From NCBI GenBank assembly GCA_002269645.1, contig NIVC01000064.1, positions 62,001-126,000 on the forward strand: a stretch of 64,000 bases of DNA, in the 5' to 3' direction. Positions 25,910 to 37,866 of this stretch are shown here, piece after piece (position 1 is the stretch's first letter; each line of letters begins with the position of its first letter). This DNA comes from Macrostomum lignano. Taxonomy: Eukaryota. The notes beneath the pieces are model-generated. The model saw only the letters and a program-made list of their open reading frames with translations, had not been told where the DNA came from and did not search any database. Made by a program: the position numbers and the translations under genes.

Positions 25910-27180
25910 ACTTCGTTTTTGTTTTAGTAGTTGTATAACTCGAACGAAATAGTGCGGTTTTTTAATCGTTAGTACTATTGATAATTTTACTTTTTTATTC
26001 ATACCAACTCTCGCGCTAGAAATATGACGTTATTATGTGATCTGCGTGTTTGTCTCTGGCCCAACCTGCTGTCTCTTCTCTAGGCTTTGGATGTCAGTTT
26101 TTTTAACTTTGTATGGCAACAGCCACGATTTAGAAACATTTCTGTTTGTTATCATTGCCGAATAATCAAAGCAACTTAAAGATATGTTACAGACCATACA
26201 GACTTCCATAAGTGACAACTACTGATTCGGAATTGGTAAGTAGCTGCAACGCAACTGGTAATATTTTTTCAATTAAATTTATCACGACTTGATTTATTTT
26301 AAATAATATATCTTATACGAGATACGAGATATATTACAAGATTTACAAGAAATCAAGGATGCATAACTGAGAGATGCCTGATGGAGTTCATGATCTTGGA
26401 TGATGGTTCAACATAGCAATTCAAACGGCGCCTGTACGAGCGTATAATGTCATTGCACCTACACCGATTAAGTAACCTTGAACTTGGGTACAGGTATTTT
26501 TTGGAAAGTAATCATGAGAATGCACTAAAACATGCAGTAGAAACTTTGCGTATATAAGCAGAAGCATTTAAATGTCATTAAGACAAAAGGGGTCGTACTA
26601 TAAAGCTGTCGTAGCGTAAGTTCGATTGCACTTCGAAACTTTTACACTGTGGAGATAGGAGATAAGAACGATCTTATCTTACGATTGCTTTGTCGAACGG
26701 GCCCAAAGTCATTTATTACGACGTAGCTCTGAGTCTTAAAACCCCTTAGATGAACCGCCGAGCATGTCTTTCCGCACAAAACCTCTTACCCATCCAATTT
26801 TTATTGCCCTCCCCGGGTTCCAGCCTAAAGCTGGTATGTACATTGCAGAAGCGCTGGCTATAATGTACATTAGCGCTTATCCAACAGCAATTTGTTTACG
26901 TCTGCAGGCTAGGCTTCTAATCCTTAAATCATTTTAACTGCCTTACTTTTAACTTTTCATAAAATGGCTTATGATCTTTTGAACTTGAACTGAAAGTAGA
27001 CAATCCATCCATTCATTTATACAAAATGGCTAAGATCTGCAGTTGTGTCAGTAGTAGGCATAAGGGGGGGTTTTAGGAAATTTTTTACTTCCTCTATAAT
27101 CCCATTTTATATTGGCAAAGCAATTGGCAATAAGGTAGAAGGTCAACTTGAATAAAAAATCTTCCAACACAATACTTTTA

Positions 27181-28405
27181 CGAGGGGTGTTCAAAAAGTT
27201 CTGCAAGTGACCTCACAACTCTGTGCTACAGCAGCCGAGGCGTCTAATCAGTGTCACATTCCCTCAAAGTACTTTCCACCACTATCTATGCACCGTCGCA
27301 TGCGTGTGCACCATGTCTGAAAGCAGTCATGGTACTCCGAAGTTGGTATACCCTGTAGAGCTGAATGTACCGCTTAGGCAAGGTCTTGCATGCGTGAAAA
27401 CGGCCTCCCAGAAATGATGGATTTGATCCTCGGGAACAGCCAAAAGTCGCAAGGTGCTAGGTCTGGAGAGTAGGGTGGATGGGGCAGCAGCCGGACCCCC
27501 TGCTGCTCCAGGTACGCCATGGTTGATGCCGCTCTGTGCGGTGCCGCATTGTCATGGTGCAGCAGGAGTCGAGATCCATGCCTGGTTCGCACACGTTCCT
27601 GCCGCTCCTGCAGCACGCCTGGCAGAACAGTGTCTGTGTAGTACCTGGCAGTCACTGTGGCACCCGCTAGAAGGATGTTCACCGATACAACACCCTGAGA
27701 GTTGAAAAAAATGATGAACATCCGCTTCCGACTGCGGAATCCGGTCTTCAGCACCTCAGGCCTTGGCTCATCTTCTGCCAGCCAGACCATGTTGGACTGC
27801 TTATCCTTCATGGTAAAAGAAGGAGATCCAACATTCGTCTCCTGTGATGACATCCGACAGTCGTCGTGGGCCGTGGGGCTCAAACATTTGCACCCACAAG
27901 AGACAGATGCGCACCCTCTCTGCTTGCTGCTCCGGAGTGAGAAGATGGGGTACCCACCGAGCCCAGGTCTTTGTGCGGCCCAGTTGCTCATGCATGATGT
28001 TATGAGCACTTCCATAGCTGACACCAAGCTCATAGGCAAGGAATCTTAGCATAATACTCCAATCCTCACGAATTATTGCATCGGCATGGGCCACGACATC
28101 TTCGGTCACGGATGTCCGGGGTCGGCCAGACCTCGGTTCATCGTTGAAGCTGTCCCAGCCTTCCAAGAAATGGCGCAGCCAGCTAAGATATAGAAGAGAA
28201 CACTGTCTTTTGATGTTTCCATCAGCTACTGAAAACACATGGAAAATATATGGCTGTGAAATTTTACTGGAGCACATTTGGAAGCCAAAAGTGCATATAA
28301 ATATAGCAAACAGATATAGCCGCATATGTGTAAGTTTTTGGCTTTTGTCGATTCTATAACTAAAAGCTATATCAAAAGGTTGCAGAACTTTTTGATCACC
28401 CCTCG
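27181..28405 (-). mobile_element. Mariner (D,D34D) transposon, defective, TA target site
   Basis: TIRs cgaggggtgttcaaaaagttctgcaa / ttgcagaactttttgatcacccctcg, flanked by TA. Motifs WVPHLL, TGDE, HDNA and YSPDLAPCD with 34 residues between the 2nd and 3rd D. Frameshift near 27830, nonsense codon at 27374, eroded N-terminus. Confidence 0.95.
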
Positions 28406-28784
28406 TACCTGCTGCTTGCTTAATTCCCATAGCAATGCCATCATGAATGAATAAAAGCTTTGTGACATTAGGGCGCTTGTACTAAAACAGAAACGGAAAA
28501 ATTCAATCAAACTATCTGTTTAGTTTCAATATAGAGTTGCAATGCTTCCTGCATTGGAGTTTAATCAATTAGCCTTTTAATTTTTATCAGATTCAGATAA
28601 ATCCGTAAATCTATAAAGTCCGAGCACATTTTCACTTGATTCATACGTCTATTGTTATGGTGCTAGTCACTTGACAAAGTTGATAGATTTCAAAAATGCA
28701 CAGGACTGAAAAATGTTGCTCACTGTCTGCCGAGTTGTGGAACTCTGGCAGTGCTCATGAGACACCCCATCTGCACAGCAGTTT

Positions 28785-30620
28785 TTATTTGCTTGTCCTG
28801 CCCGTCAGACCAATCATCATCGGGTACTTTGTCGCCGAATCGACTCTGCTGACGTCAACAGCGGCACTGCTGCTGCCGTTTTGGTTGCTGCTGTAGCTGA
28901 CACTGATCTTTGACCCTCGACGACGAGCGTCTCGAGCATCGCTGTCTCCGGGCTGACCTTCACGCCGAGTAGCCATGTAGCGCGTGACCAGAGTGCAAGC
29001 CAGCGAATAGCAGAATCCCACAGCCAGGCCGAGAGACACGTCCAGCACGAGGACAGACACAGCGGTCAGTAGCCAAGTGCTCAAGTCCAGGTACTTGGCT
29101 TCACGCCACAGTTTAGGAATATCGGTCACTTGTTTGAACACCCCGACTAAGGACACGACGATGACGGAGGCCAGAGCGCATTCGGGAACGGCTTCGAATA
29201 GAGGAGCAACTGCTAGCACAACCAGTAGCACGACGAGGCAGCTCACTACTGAGGCCACCTGCGACTTCATGCCCGCTCCGACCACCACGGTGCATCGAGC
29301 CAGCGCGCCAGTAGCGTAGAAGCACTGGAAGAAGCTGCCAAACAGACTGGACGTTCCCAGTACAAAAAGTTCTCCATTGTAATTAACTTCATAGTCAAAC
29401 TGCAGGGCGTACATTTTCCCGATAGACAGGGACATGGCCGCGCCGACTAAACTAACAGGCAGGCACGGGAGCAGGACGTTTGGCATGAAGGAGAAATCCG
29501 GTACTAGCGGTAGCGGCAAGCCTCTCGGGACGGTTCCGACTACGTCAACGCCGAAGCGCGACTGCAATTGCAACGCGTGTGACGCCACCAGCGCCGATAA
29601 AATGATGAGCAGTTCAACTGGCAGTGGAACTTTGATGCACTTTTTGACGCGCGGATTCATGTACTCTTTCATTAAGTAGAGCGGCACCATGCACGCAACG
29701 GAGGTGATTACGGTTGCCCAGTTAGTCGACGCGATGTCGTTTATTATTCCGGTGTAGCTGGCAATCAGTTTAACAAAGTTGTCGCCGCCAGTTGGCTGAA
29801 CGCCCAGCAGCATCGGCACCTGGCTGGTGAAGATGTGCACAGCTGCGGCTGTTGTAAAGCCGCGAAGCATCGGGTTGGAGACATACTTCATCACAAAGCC
29901 GAGCTGCAAGGTGCCAAGCGCCATGTTGATTACTGATGCCGCAAAACTGCCTAAAACGGCGACTTGAAGTCTAGCGTATTCTTCCACGGTGAGTCCTCCG
30001 TAGTACTCATCGGAGTCGCTGGAACAGTCGGTATTTAGATTGATCTCATCAACTTCTGAGTATAAAGAGCAATTACTTATGGTTATATTAAAGTCCGGAA
30101 GCTGGTCCATGTACTGACGATAGGTCGTCCCGATCATGTCCGCTAGCAGCAGCGAGGTCAGCGAGAAAGTGCCTATTGATTGGTGAAGCGACCTGCCTAT
30201 CAGAGAGTAGAGAGCCACGGGTATCAGCGAGGTGTACAAGCCATTGATGGGTTTTAAACCAGCCAGCAAGCTATTGGCCAGGCCTTGTGGTATGTGAAAG
30301 ACGCTCATTGTTAACCCGGCGAGCAGGTCCGACACCAGAGCTTTGCTTGAGTAGCTTCCGCTAGAGATCAGGGAATAGAACGGAAACAGCAGCTCGAACA
30401 AACTCCCGGCTCGGTGCTTCAGCGCTACTAACGTTGGCTCGCTGCAGAAGTAGTTGCAGCAATTACTGCAGCGACCGCGAAACGGCTTCTTACCGAACAG
30501 GCCTTGTCGTCTCGTTGTTGAAGATCCGTACAGATGGTGCAAATCGTCCGACAACAACGGAACTGTTTCCGATCGAGTGCTCTCCAACAGGTCAGCCTCT
30601 GATTCAGTTGCCGTTGTCAT
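28785..30620 (-). CDS. Intronless SLC26-family transporter lacking a STAS domain (copy 1, intact 611 aa)
   Basis: Single ORF with DLLAGLTM..HIPQGLANSLLAGLKPINGLYTS, SIGTF, GFTTAAAVHI, GTVPRGLP and GALARC. TM14 is followed by a ~65-aa Ser-rich tail and a stop. Confidence 0.9.
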   Translation of the reverse strand: MTTATESEADLLESTRSETVPLLSDDLHHLYGSSTTRRQGLFGKKPFRGRCSNCCNYFCSEPTLVALKHRAGSLFELLFPFYSLISSGSYSSKALVSDLLAGLTMSVFHIPQGLANSLLAGLKPINGLYTSLIPVALYSLIGRSLHQSIGTFSLTSLLLADMIGTTYRQYMDQLPDFNITISNCSLYSEVDEINLNTDCSSDSDEYYGGLTVEEYARLQVAVLGSFAASVINMALGTLQLGFVMKYVSNPMLRGFTTAAAVHIFTSQVPMLLGVQPTGGDNFVKLIASYTGIINDIASTNWATVITSVACMVPLYLMKEYMNPRVKKCIKVPLPVELLIILSALVASHALQLQSRFGVDVVGTVPRGLPLPLVPDFSFMPNVLLPCLPVSLVGAAMSLSIGKMYALQFDYEVNYNGELFVLGTSSLFGSFFQCFYATGALARCTVVVGAGMKSQVASVVSCLVVLLVVLAVAPLFEAVPECALASVIVVSLVGVFKQVTDIPKLWREAKYLDLSTWLLTAVSVLVLDVSLGLAVGFCYSLACTLVTRYMATRREGQPGDSDARDARRRGSKISVSYSSNQNGSSSAAVDVSRVDSATKYPMMIGLTGRTSK

Positions 30621-30998
30621 GATCTCCCCGCGGAGCCTGTCCGACGAAATTCCGTGCTAAAAACTGCGACAAATAAGTTTTTGCGAGCGCAATAAAGAGC
30701 TCCTTGCACGCTAAACTAGATCGAGCGCATTGCTTAAGAATAGAAGCAGAGAGAGATCTCGCCCTAATGGACGAACTGGTTGCAACGCCAATGCCAGATT
30801 GATACTCTTATCAATTCGAAACATTTCGAGAGCAATTTTTGACCGCACTTTGAGGGAGCGCCTGCCGTTATTCTCTTATAATATTCTGCATGTGTCGTGG
30901 CTTTTTACTAAGGCACCAATAGACGGTAGGTCGTTATTAATTGTCAGTACTGTACAATTTATCGCATGTCGATCTTCACTATTTTTAACATTTGTCAT

Positions 30999-31465
30999 CT
31001 GCGGCAGATCTGGCGCATCCCCCATAGCGACTTAATCATGTGGCTCGTGGCAGCGCTCTCCGTACTCATCCTGAATGTGAGTTGGCTATCGGTCTGGGCT
31101 CCTTGGCTATCGGTCTGGGCTTCACCCTGTTCTCCGTGATCCTGCGCACCCAGTCGGCCAGAATAGCGGTCCTTGGCCACATTGGCGACAAAGACATCTA
31201 CAGAGACGTCCGCGAGTACCCAGCGGCAGAGGAGCTGCCGGGGCTGAAAATGGTCTGTTTCGACGCTCCGTTGAACTTCGTCAACGCGGAAAGATTCCGA
31301 GACATTGTGCTGCAGCTGGTCGATGACTCTGATTGTCTCATTTTTATCTCACTGTGAACAACGCCGTGCTGTTTGCCAGTCGCGTGGCACCGATTTACAA
31401 GACAGAGACGGTCAGTGAAGTTCAAGGAGTCAAAGACAAGGAGGTTGGAGTGGTGCTGATTTTAA
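30999..31465 (+). pseudogene. SLC26 TM13-14/STAS fragment derived from the 21.5-25.9 kb gene (copy 1)
   Basis: Matches 24445-24760 fused to ~25735-25910. It has a 7-nt frameshift deletion, a 21-nt duplication, and an internal deletion that does not follow the splice junction. Confidence 0.88.
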
Positions 31466-31640
31466 CTTAGCTTTTGTTGTTTTAGTAGTTGCATAATCCG
31501 AACGAAATAGTGCAGTTGTTAAATTTTTAATACGAATTGTTTTTTATTACCTAATCTAACGCTAGAAATACGAAGTTATAAAGTGCACGTCATAAATCAT
31601 TATGTATTTTTTACTTTGCGAGTTTGTAACACAGCAGTTA

Positions 31641-32003
31641 AGGGGGGCCGTAGCCCAGCGGTAGCGCAGCTGCTCTGGTGTGCCAGCGACCCAGGCTCGA
31701 TTCCAAGTGCAGTCACATTAATTTGGGGCTGAATTGGAATCTCGGCTTGGCTCTGCTCGTGCAATTAACGGCCTTGAGAGCCAACCCCCCCAAGGCGCAG
31801 TGAAGTGTACATGCCTAACGATAATATAGAGTTAGGGCCGCTGTACACTCCTGTGTGAGTGTGTGCCTGCGTACGTATCCGCGCGCTTGTATGCCTGCTC
31901 AGGGGAGTCGGCGGAATGAGCAGTAATGCCTCTCGCCGGTTGTGTGCCTATGTCGCTTAAAGTGCGCCAGGGTGCACACAACCCCCCTGCCTCTAATAAA
32001 AAA
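31641..32003 (+). mobile_element. tRNA-derived SINE, 363 bp, 13-bp TSD aacacagcagtta
   Basis: Absent at the paralogous sites in units B and C. Head GGGGCCGTAGCCCAGCGGTAG (A box) and GGCTCGATTCC (B box); 3' AATAAAAAAAA tail; TSD at 31628-31640 and 32004-32016. Confidence 0.88.
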
Positions 32004-33008
32004 AACACAGCAGTTATGTCTGTGAAGAAATATTTTTAGTTCAAAGGGTGCTCGATTGATTCTCAGTCAGAAATAGGCGTGCTTGTCTCTGGCCCAAACT
32101 GCTGTCTCTGTCTGTAGGCTTTGGGTGTCTTTTAGCATGGCTTAGCATGACTTAGCATGGCAACAGCCACGATTTTGAAACATTTCCGTTTGTCATCATT
32201 GCCGAATAATTAAAGCAGCTTTGATACGCATTTTTCGTACTAACTTTAAGTGACAACTATACTGACATCGGTATTGGTAAGTTGTAGCACCGCAACTGGC
32301 AATTTTTTCTTCTATTGATTTTTCTTACACTACTTGTGCAATCCATCACAATATACTGTATTGTTGGAGAATAGGAGAGTTTGAGAATGCGGTACTGCGA
32401 GGGATTCAGGTGGGTGAGGGGCGGAGAAACTGGGGCGATGTACGCGAATGGTTGCTAGTGTAAAGTATACTCGTAAGAAAGCAACGCTACTGCCAGTCAC
32501 TGTGCAGTGAGAATAACGCAAAGACCTCACTTGTCCGAACTAATGATTATATATTAAACGAGTGCAGTTAGTCATCTGTTAGCTTACGGCGAGGGCGAGG
32601 GCGGAAAATTGACGTGAATAGTAAAAGTTAAGCGAGCAAGTACAAGTCCGGAAGAAACATAACAGAGGTTTAAGCTTTAGAGACGTTAATAAAATAAGTG
32701 GGTCTGTTGCGTGAGCATTGTGTAAATAGCAGCGGGAAAAAGGAAGTGAGTGTACGGAATGGTTGGGGCGGGTGGTGAAGCAGACACGAAGGGGCGGTCA
32801 ACGTTAAAAAATATACGTTTAAAACACCGTTCGTACTGTGTGTACAAATAATTATTGAATGGTAACTATAAAAATAATAACTAGTAAAAATCTGGATAAA
32901 AATATTTCATTTAAAGCTTCTTTTCTAAATATTACAACTTATGATTTGAAATCTAAAGCCAAGGAAACACCACCACAAATTAAAAAAAAATCAGTTAGTT
33001 TATTAAGT

Positions 33009-33564
33009 TTACTTTAAACGTCTTTTAGGGATTGACACAATTTCATATCTACCACCACTATGGCACTGCTCAGTGATTCCAACATTGTAGATGCCACAGA
33101 ATGCTGCAATGGCGGCTCCAGTGCCAGCAGCCGCTGTTCCTGACAGTCCAGCAGCTCCAATGCTCTGACCAACAGACACCACAAATGGGGTGATGCCTGC
33201 TCCACAAGCTTGTATCCAGGCTGCAATTGAGCCAGCAGTAATTCCACCTGCTGTAAATCCAACCAGACCAACAGCCCACGGTGCAACATAAAAAGATGCA
33301 GCAGTGGCGGATCCTCCCAAAGCAATGCATGTTCCCACTCTCCAGTAATTGTAACCTAAGTGAGAAAAAACATACAGAATGCCATGTGTAAATTAGCCAT
33401 GCAAGGAGACTGCAACTGGCCTTGTTGCAGACAGGTGCAAAAATTTAGTTATACTGAATAGACTTACAAGTTTTGACCTGCTGTTCTTTGTCACAGGCAA
33501 AACATGGTCCAAGTTGGATGGAAAGCAGAAGAGCCAAAAATAGAAGCACTTTAGCGGGCTGCAT
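33009..33564 (-). CDS. IFI27/ISG12-like (Ifi-6-16 motif) small hydrophobic protein with N-terminal signal peptide, copy A (~147 aa)
   Basis: Exon 33564-33468 (MQPAKVLLFLALLLSIQLGPCFACDKEQQVKT, donor GTAAGT) and exon 33355-33009 (acceptor CTTAG, phase 1). Core GFTAGGITAGSIAA..GQSIGAAGL. Confidence 0.8.
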
Positions 33565-35364
33565 TTTTGTCAACTCCGAAAGTTATTTTAAAACATGCAA
33601 AAATTCACTATATAGTTTTTATATTGTGAAATTAACAAGAGTGCAGAGCAGTGCGACTGCGCGTCAGCACTGGCATACACATATATAGAGATGAGGGAAG
33701 GGAGGGACCGAGAGAGGAAGAGAGAGGAAGAAAGACTTTAAAATACACTGGCCCCTAAAGGCATTGTTATGAGTGTGAGGCTCACATCCGCCGTACGGAA
33801 TATTATTCAAGGCAGTGTACTTTTTAGTCAATGAGAGCCCACAGGCACAATGCAAAAGAAATGAATGGCTTGAGCCGGGTTAGGGTTAGCGCCGAAGCAG
33901 TTTCTCCCTTGTGCCGTTGTTAGGCAACCCTCGGTAGTAAGCGTTTTTACGCGTATGGCTCGTTTTTGCATGGCGAAACCAATAGGAAGTCCCAACCACT
34001 AATCGATGCATTCTGTCCTGCCCAAGCGCGTTTACAAAATCTCGCCCCCCCCATTTTCTTTCTAGGCTCGCGGCCACCACTCCACAGACCAATAAGTATG
34101 ACTAGATTGCGCGTGAGGGGCAAGCAATATGTACCTCTTCCAAGTAGGAAAAATGCAGGGACTCCTAAAAATAGCATCACTATTTTTGCTAGCTCTAGAA
34201 GTCCCTGGAAAAATGGTACCCCAGCTCCCACCCCCTCACGATCGATAGCAAGGTCTCATTGGCTTCCTTACCCCTCAATCATTGCTTAAAACTTATTGAT
34301 TCAGAGTTACTAAGAATACTGTTAGACTTTTGGGCCCTCTGTGTTAATTGTTGCCTTTTGCCTTGGGACTCGGATTGCTAACCATTTAAATTTATGTGGT
34401 ATTAAACAATTAAGCAGTTTAAATATGCCGTATTATTTTAATGATTTATTTATCAAAAACTAAAATATACGCTTCCGGACAAAATGAGACCTTTTTGTTG
34501 CAGATACAATAGAAACAATATAATAAGAGTAAATGTCTGAGAGCCATCAAATTCTAAGCTCACCTTCACCTGGTTCTAAGACTAAATTATTATTATTACA
34601 CCATTTTACCCTCGATTTTGAACAAGGAGAACTTCGAAACTGACAAACTCCTCTTCAATATTGACACTCTATGGTCGGGCACTCAAAATCTACAATCAAT
34701 ATTGACAGATCAAGCTTCAATTTTGACAAACTCTGGTTCAATTTTGACAATGCACGTTTAGTCAACTTCTCCTGGGAGAATTCGGTAACAAAGTAATCCA
34801 ATGAAAGCCTGAACGGGGCTGAAGTGAGCTGTGCAAAATCAGCTTATTCTGACTTTGCTTTTTGGATCTACAAGTATTGATAAAATTTATTTTTCTCCAT
34901 CCTTTAGACACACAGACTAAAATAGCCTGACTGGTTGGGCTGCAAAGTCTGATTCTATTTTGACAGAGTTGCTTCAAAACTGACACTCTATGGTTTGTGT
35001 ACCCAAAAAGTCCGCTTCATTTTTGACAACTCCGAATCAATATTGAACAGTTTACAATCGATTTTGACTAAGACATTTTTTGAAATAGATTTTGACAATT
35101 TTTACTAAGATTTCTCTCTTGAGGGGGGGTACTTGCTATTTGGGAGAAGGGGTACTGGCTGCATGTATCTACGAGTACATGTATGGGAATATTTCTATTT
35201 AGGGATTTTTTAATATTTATTAAAGTGCAAAGTGCAAGTTCTGCAAGTGACCTCACAACTCTGTGCTACAGCAGAGAATATTTTGAATATTTTCTATTAA
35301 CGCTTTCTATTTAGTCTTGAGCTTGAAGCAGTCTTTGGCTTCTTCCAGATTTCTCGACATGCGC

Positions 35365-35489
35365 AAAGTCTCGTGAACTGCTACGTCACTGGAGAATTGG
35401 CTGTTAAAGTCTCGTGAACTGCTACGTCACTGGAGAATTGGCTGTTAAAGTCTCGTGAACTGCTATCGTCACTGGAGAATTGGCTGTTA
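35365..35489. repeat. Three tandem copies of a 41 bp unit
   Basis: aaagtctcgtgaactgctacgtcactggagaattggctgtt at 35365, 35406 and 35447. Confidence 0.95.
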
Positions 35490-36262
35490 CAGCTGGGGGG
35501 CGATCGCGTCTATTTAATAAAAATAAAGTACAGTTAGTTTGGGGCTGCAACCGAGAGTTGGAGTTTGGGCCATAGACAACCTAGCTTGTGGGCACTCAAA
35601 AGAAAGTACTTTTAATGAACGCAGGGACCGTGGGAAACAAGGCGCTATAAACACTTCCCCCCAACGGAAAAGCGAACAACTATAAACGATGTTTGGCGAT
35701 CAGTAGGGTTAATTTATTCCTGTTTGTTTGTTGAGTGTTCGATAAGGGATTGTTGATCAATAATCAATAACGTGAACCGTTGGCTTCTCGGAAAAACGAA
35801 AGCGTTGGGTTTCCTTCGCGGGACGCTGTTTCTTCGCAGGGGTAGTCGCTGGCTTGTCCGGCCGTGCCTCTCTCGTCATTGCTCTTATGACGAGATACAT
35901 TAGACGATTAGTCGAGATTAGTCGTCTATACATTAGACGAGATGACATTAGCGCTTATCCAACAGCAATTTGTTTACGTCTGCAGGCTAGGCTTCTAATC
36001 CTTAAATCATTTTAACTGCCTTACTTTTAACTTTTCATAAAATGGCTTATGATCTTTTGAACTTGAACTGAAAGTAGACAATCCATCCATTCATTTATAC
36101 AAAATGGCTAAGATCTGTTGTTGTGTCAGTAGTAGGCATAAGGGGGGTTTTAGGAAATTTTTTACTTCCTCTATAATCCCATTTTTATCTATATTGGCAA
36201 AGCAATTGGCAATAAGGTAGAAGGTCAACTTGAATAAAAAATCTTCCAACACAATACTTTTA

Positions 36263-37486
36263 CGAGGGGTGTTCATAAAGTTCTGCAAGTGACCTCACAA
36301 CTCTGTGCTACAGCAGCCGAGGCGTCTAATCAGTGTCACATTCCCTCAAAGTACTTTCCACCACTATCTATGCACCGTCGCATGCGTGTGCACCATGTCT
36401 GAAAGCAGTCATGGTACTCCGAAGTTGGTATACCCTGTAGAGCTGAATGTACCGCTTAGGCAAGGTCTTGCATGCGTGAAAACGGCCTCCCAGAAATGAT
36501 GGATTTGATCCTCGGGAACAGCCAAAAGTCGCAAGGTGCTAGGTCTGGAGAGTAGGGTGGATGGGGCAGCAGCCGGACCCCCTGCTGCTCCAGGTACGCC
36601 ATGGTTGATGCCGCTCTGTGCGGTGCCGCATTGTCATGGTGCAGCAGGAGTCGAGATCCATGCCTGGTTCGCACACGTTCCTGCCGCTCCTGCAGCACGC
36701 CTGGCAGAACAGTGTCTGTGTAGTACCTGGTAGTCACTGTGGCACCCGCTGGAAGGATGTTCACCGATACAACACCCTGAGAGTTGAAAAAATGGTGAAC
36801 ATCCGCTTCCGACTGCGGAATCCGGTCTTCAGCACCTCAGGCATTGGCTCATCTTCTGCCAGCCAGACCATGTTGGACTGCTTATCCTTCATGGTAAAAG
36901 AAGGAGATCCAACATTCGTCTCCTGTGATGACATCCGACAGTCGTCGTGGGCCGTGGGGCTCAAACATTTGCACCCACAAGAGACAGATGCGCACCCTCT
37001 CTGCTTGCTGCTCCGGAGTGAGAAGATGGGGTACCCACCGAGCGCAGGTCTTTGTGCGGCCCAGTTGCTCATGCATGATGTTTTGAGCACTTCCATAGCT
37101 GACACCAAGCTCATAGGCAAGGAATCTTAGCATAATACTCCAATCCTCACGAATTATTGCATCGGCACGGGCCACGACATCTTCGGTCACGGATGTCCGG
37201 GGTCGGCCAGACCTCGGTTCATCGTTGAAGCTGTCCCAGCCTTCCAAGAAATGGCGCAGCCAGCTAAGATATAGAAGAGAACACTGTCTTTTGATGTTTC
37301 CATCAGCTACTGAAAACACATGGAAAATATATGGCTGTGAAATTTTACTGGAGCACATTTGGAAGCCAAAAGTGCATATAAATATAGCAAACAGATATAG
37401 CCGCATATGTGTAAGTTTTTGGCTTTTGTCGATTCTATAACTAAAAGCTATATCAAAAGGTTGCAGAACTTTTTGATCACCCCTCG
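36263..37486 (-). mobile_element. Mariner transposon, second copy (duplicated with the segment)
   Basis: Same TIRs, same flanks and shared lesions as 27181-28405, plus an extra frameshift near 36790. Confidence 0.95.
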
Positions 37487-37866
37487 TACCTGCTGCTTGC
37501 TTAATTCCCATAGCAATGCCATCATGAATGAATAAAAGCTTTGTGACATTAGGGCGCTTGTACTAAAACAGAAACGGAAAAATTCAATCAAACTATCTGT
37601 TTAGTTTCAATATAGAGTTGCAATGCTTCCTGCATTGGAGTTTTATCAATTAGCCTTTTAATTTTTATCAGATTCGGATAAATCCGTAAATCTATAAAGT
37701 CCGGGCACATTTTCACTTGATTCATACGGTCTATTGTTATGGTGCTAGTCACTTGTCAAAGTTGATAGATTTAAAAAATGCACAGGACTGAAAACTGTTG
37801 CTCACTGTCTGCCAAGTTGTGGAACTCTGGTAGTGCTCATGAGACACCCCATCTGCACAGCAGTTT

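Larger units (their letters stand above)
26867..33930. repeat. Segmental duplication unit A (mariner + STAS-less SLC26 + STAS fragment + ISG12-like)
   Basis: Starts at acattagcgcttatcc (26867). The same sequence restarts at 35945 (offset ~9.08 kb) and stays colinear to ~42640. Confidence 0.92.

Noticed and set aside
31645-31716. Functional tRNA gene
   Set aside because: No proper acceptor stem; it is the head of a TSD-flanked, A-tailed SINE.
33876-33890. Interstitial telomere repeat (gggttagggttag)
   Set aside because: Only about two units; chance level.
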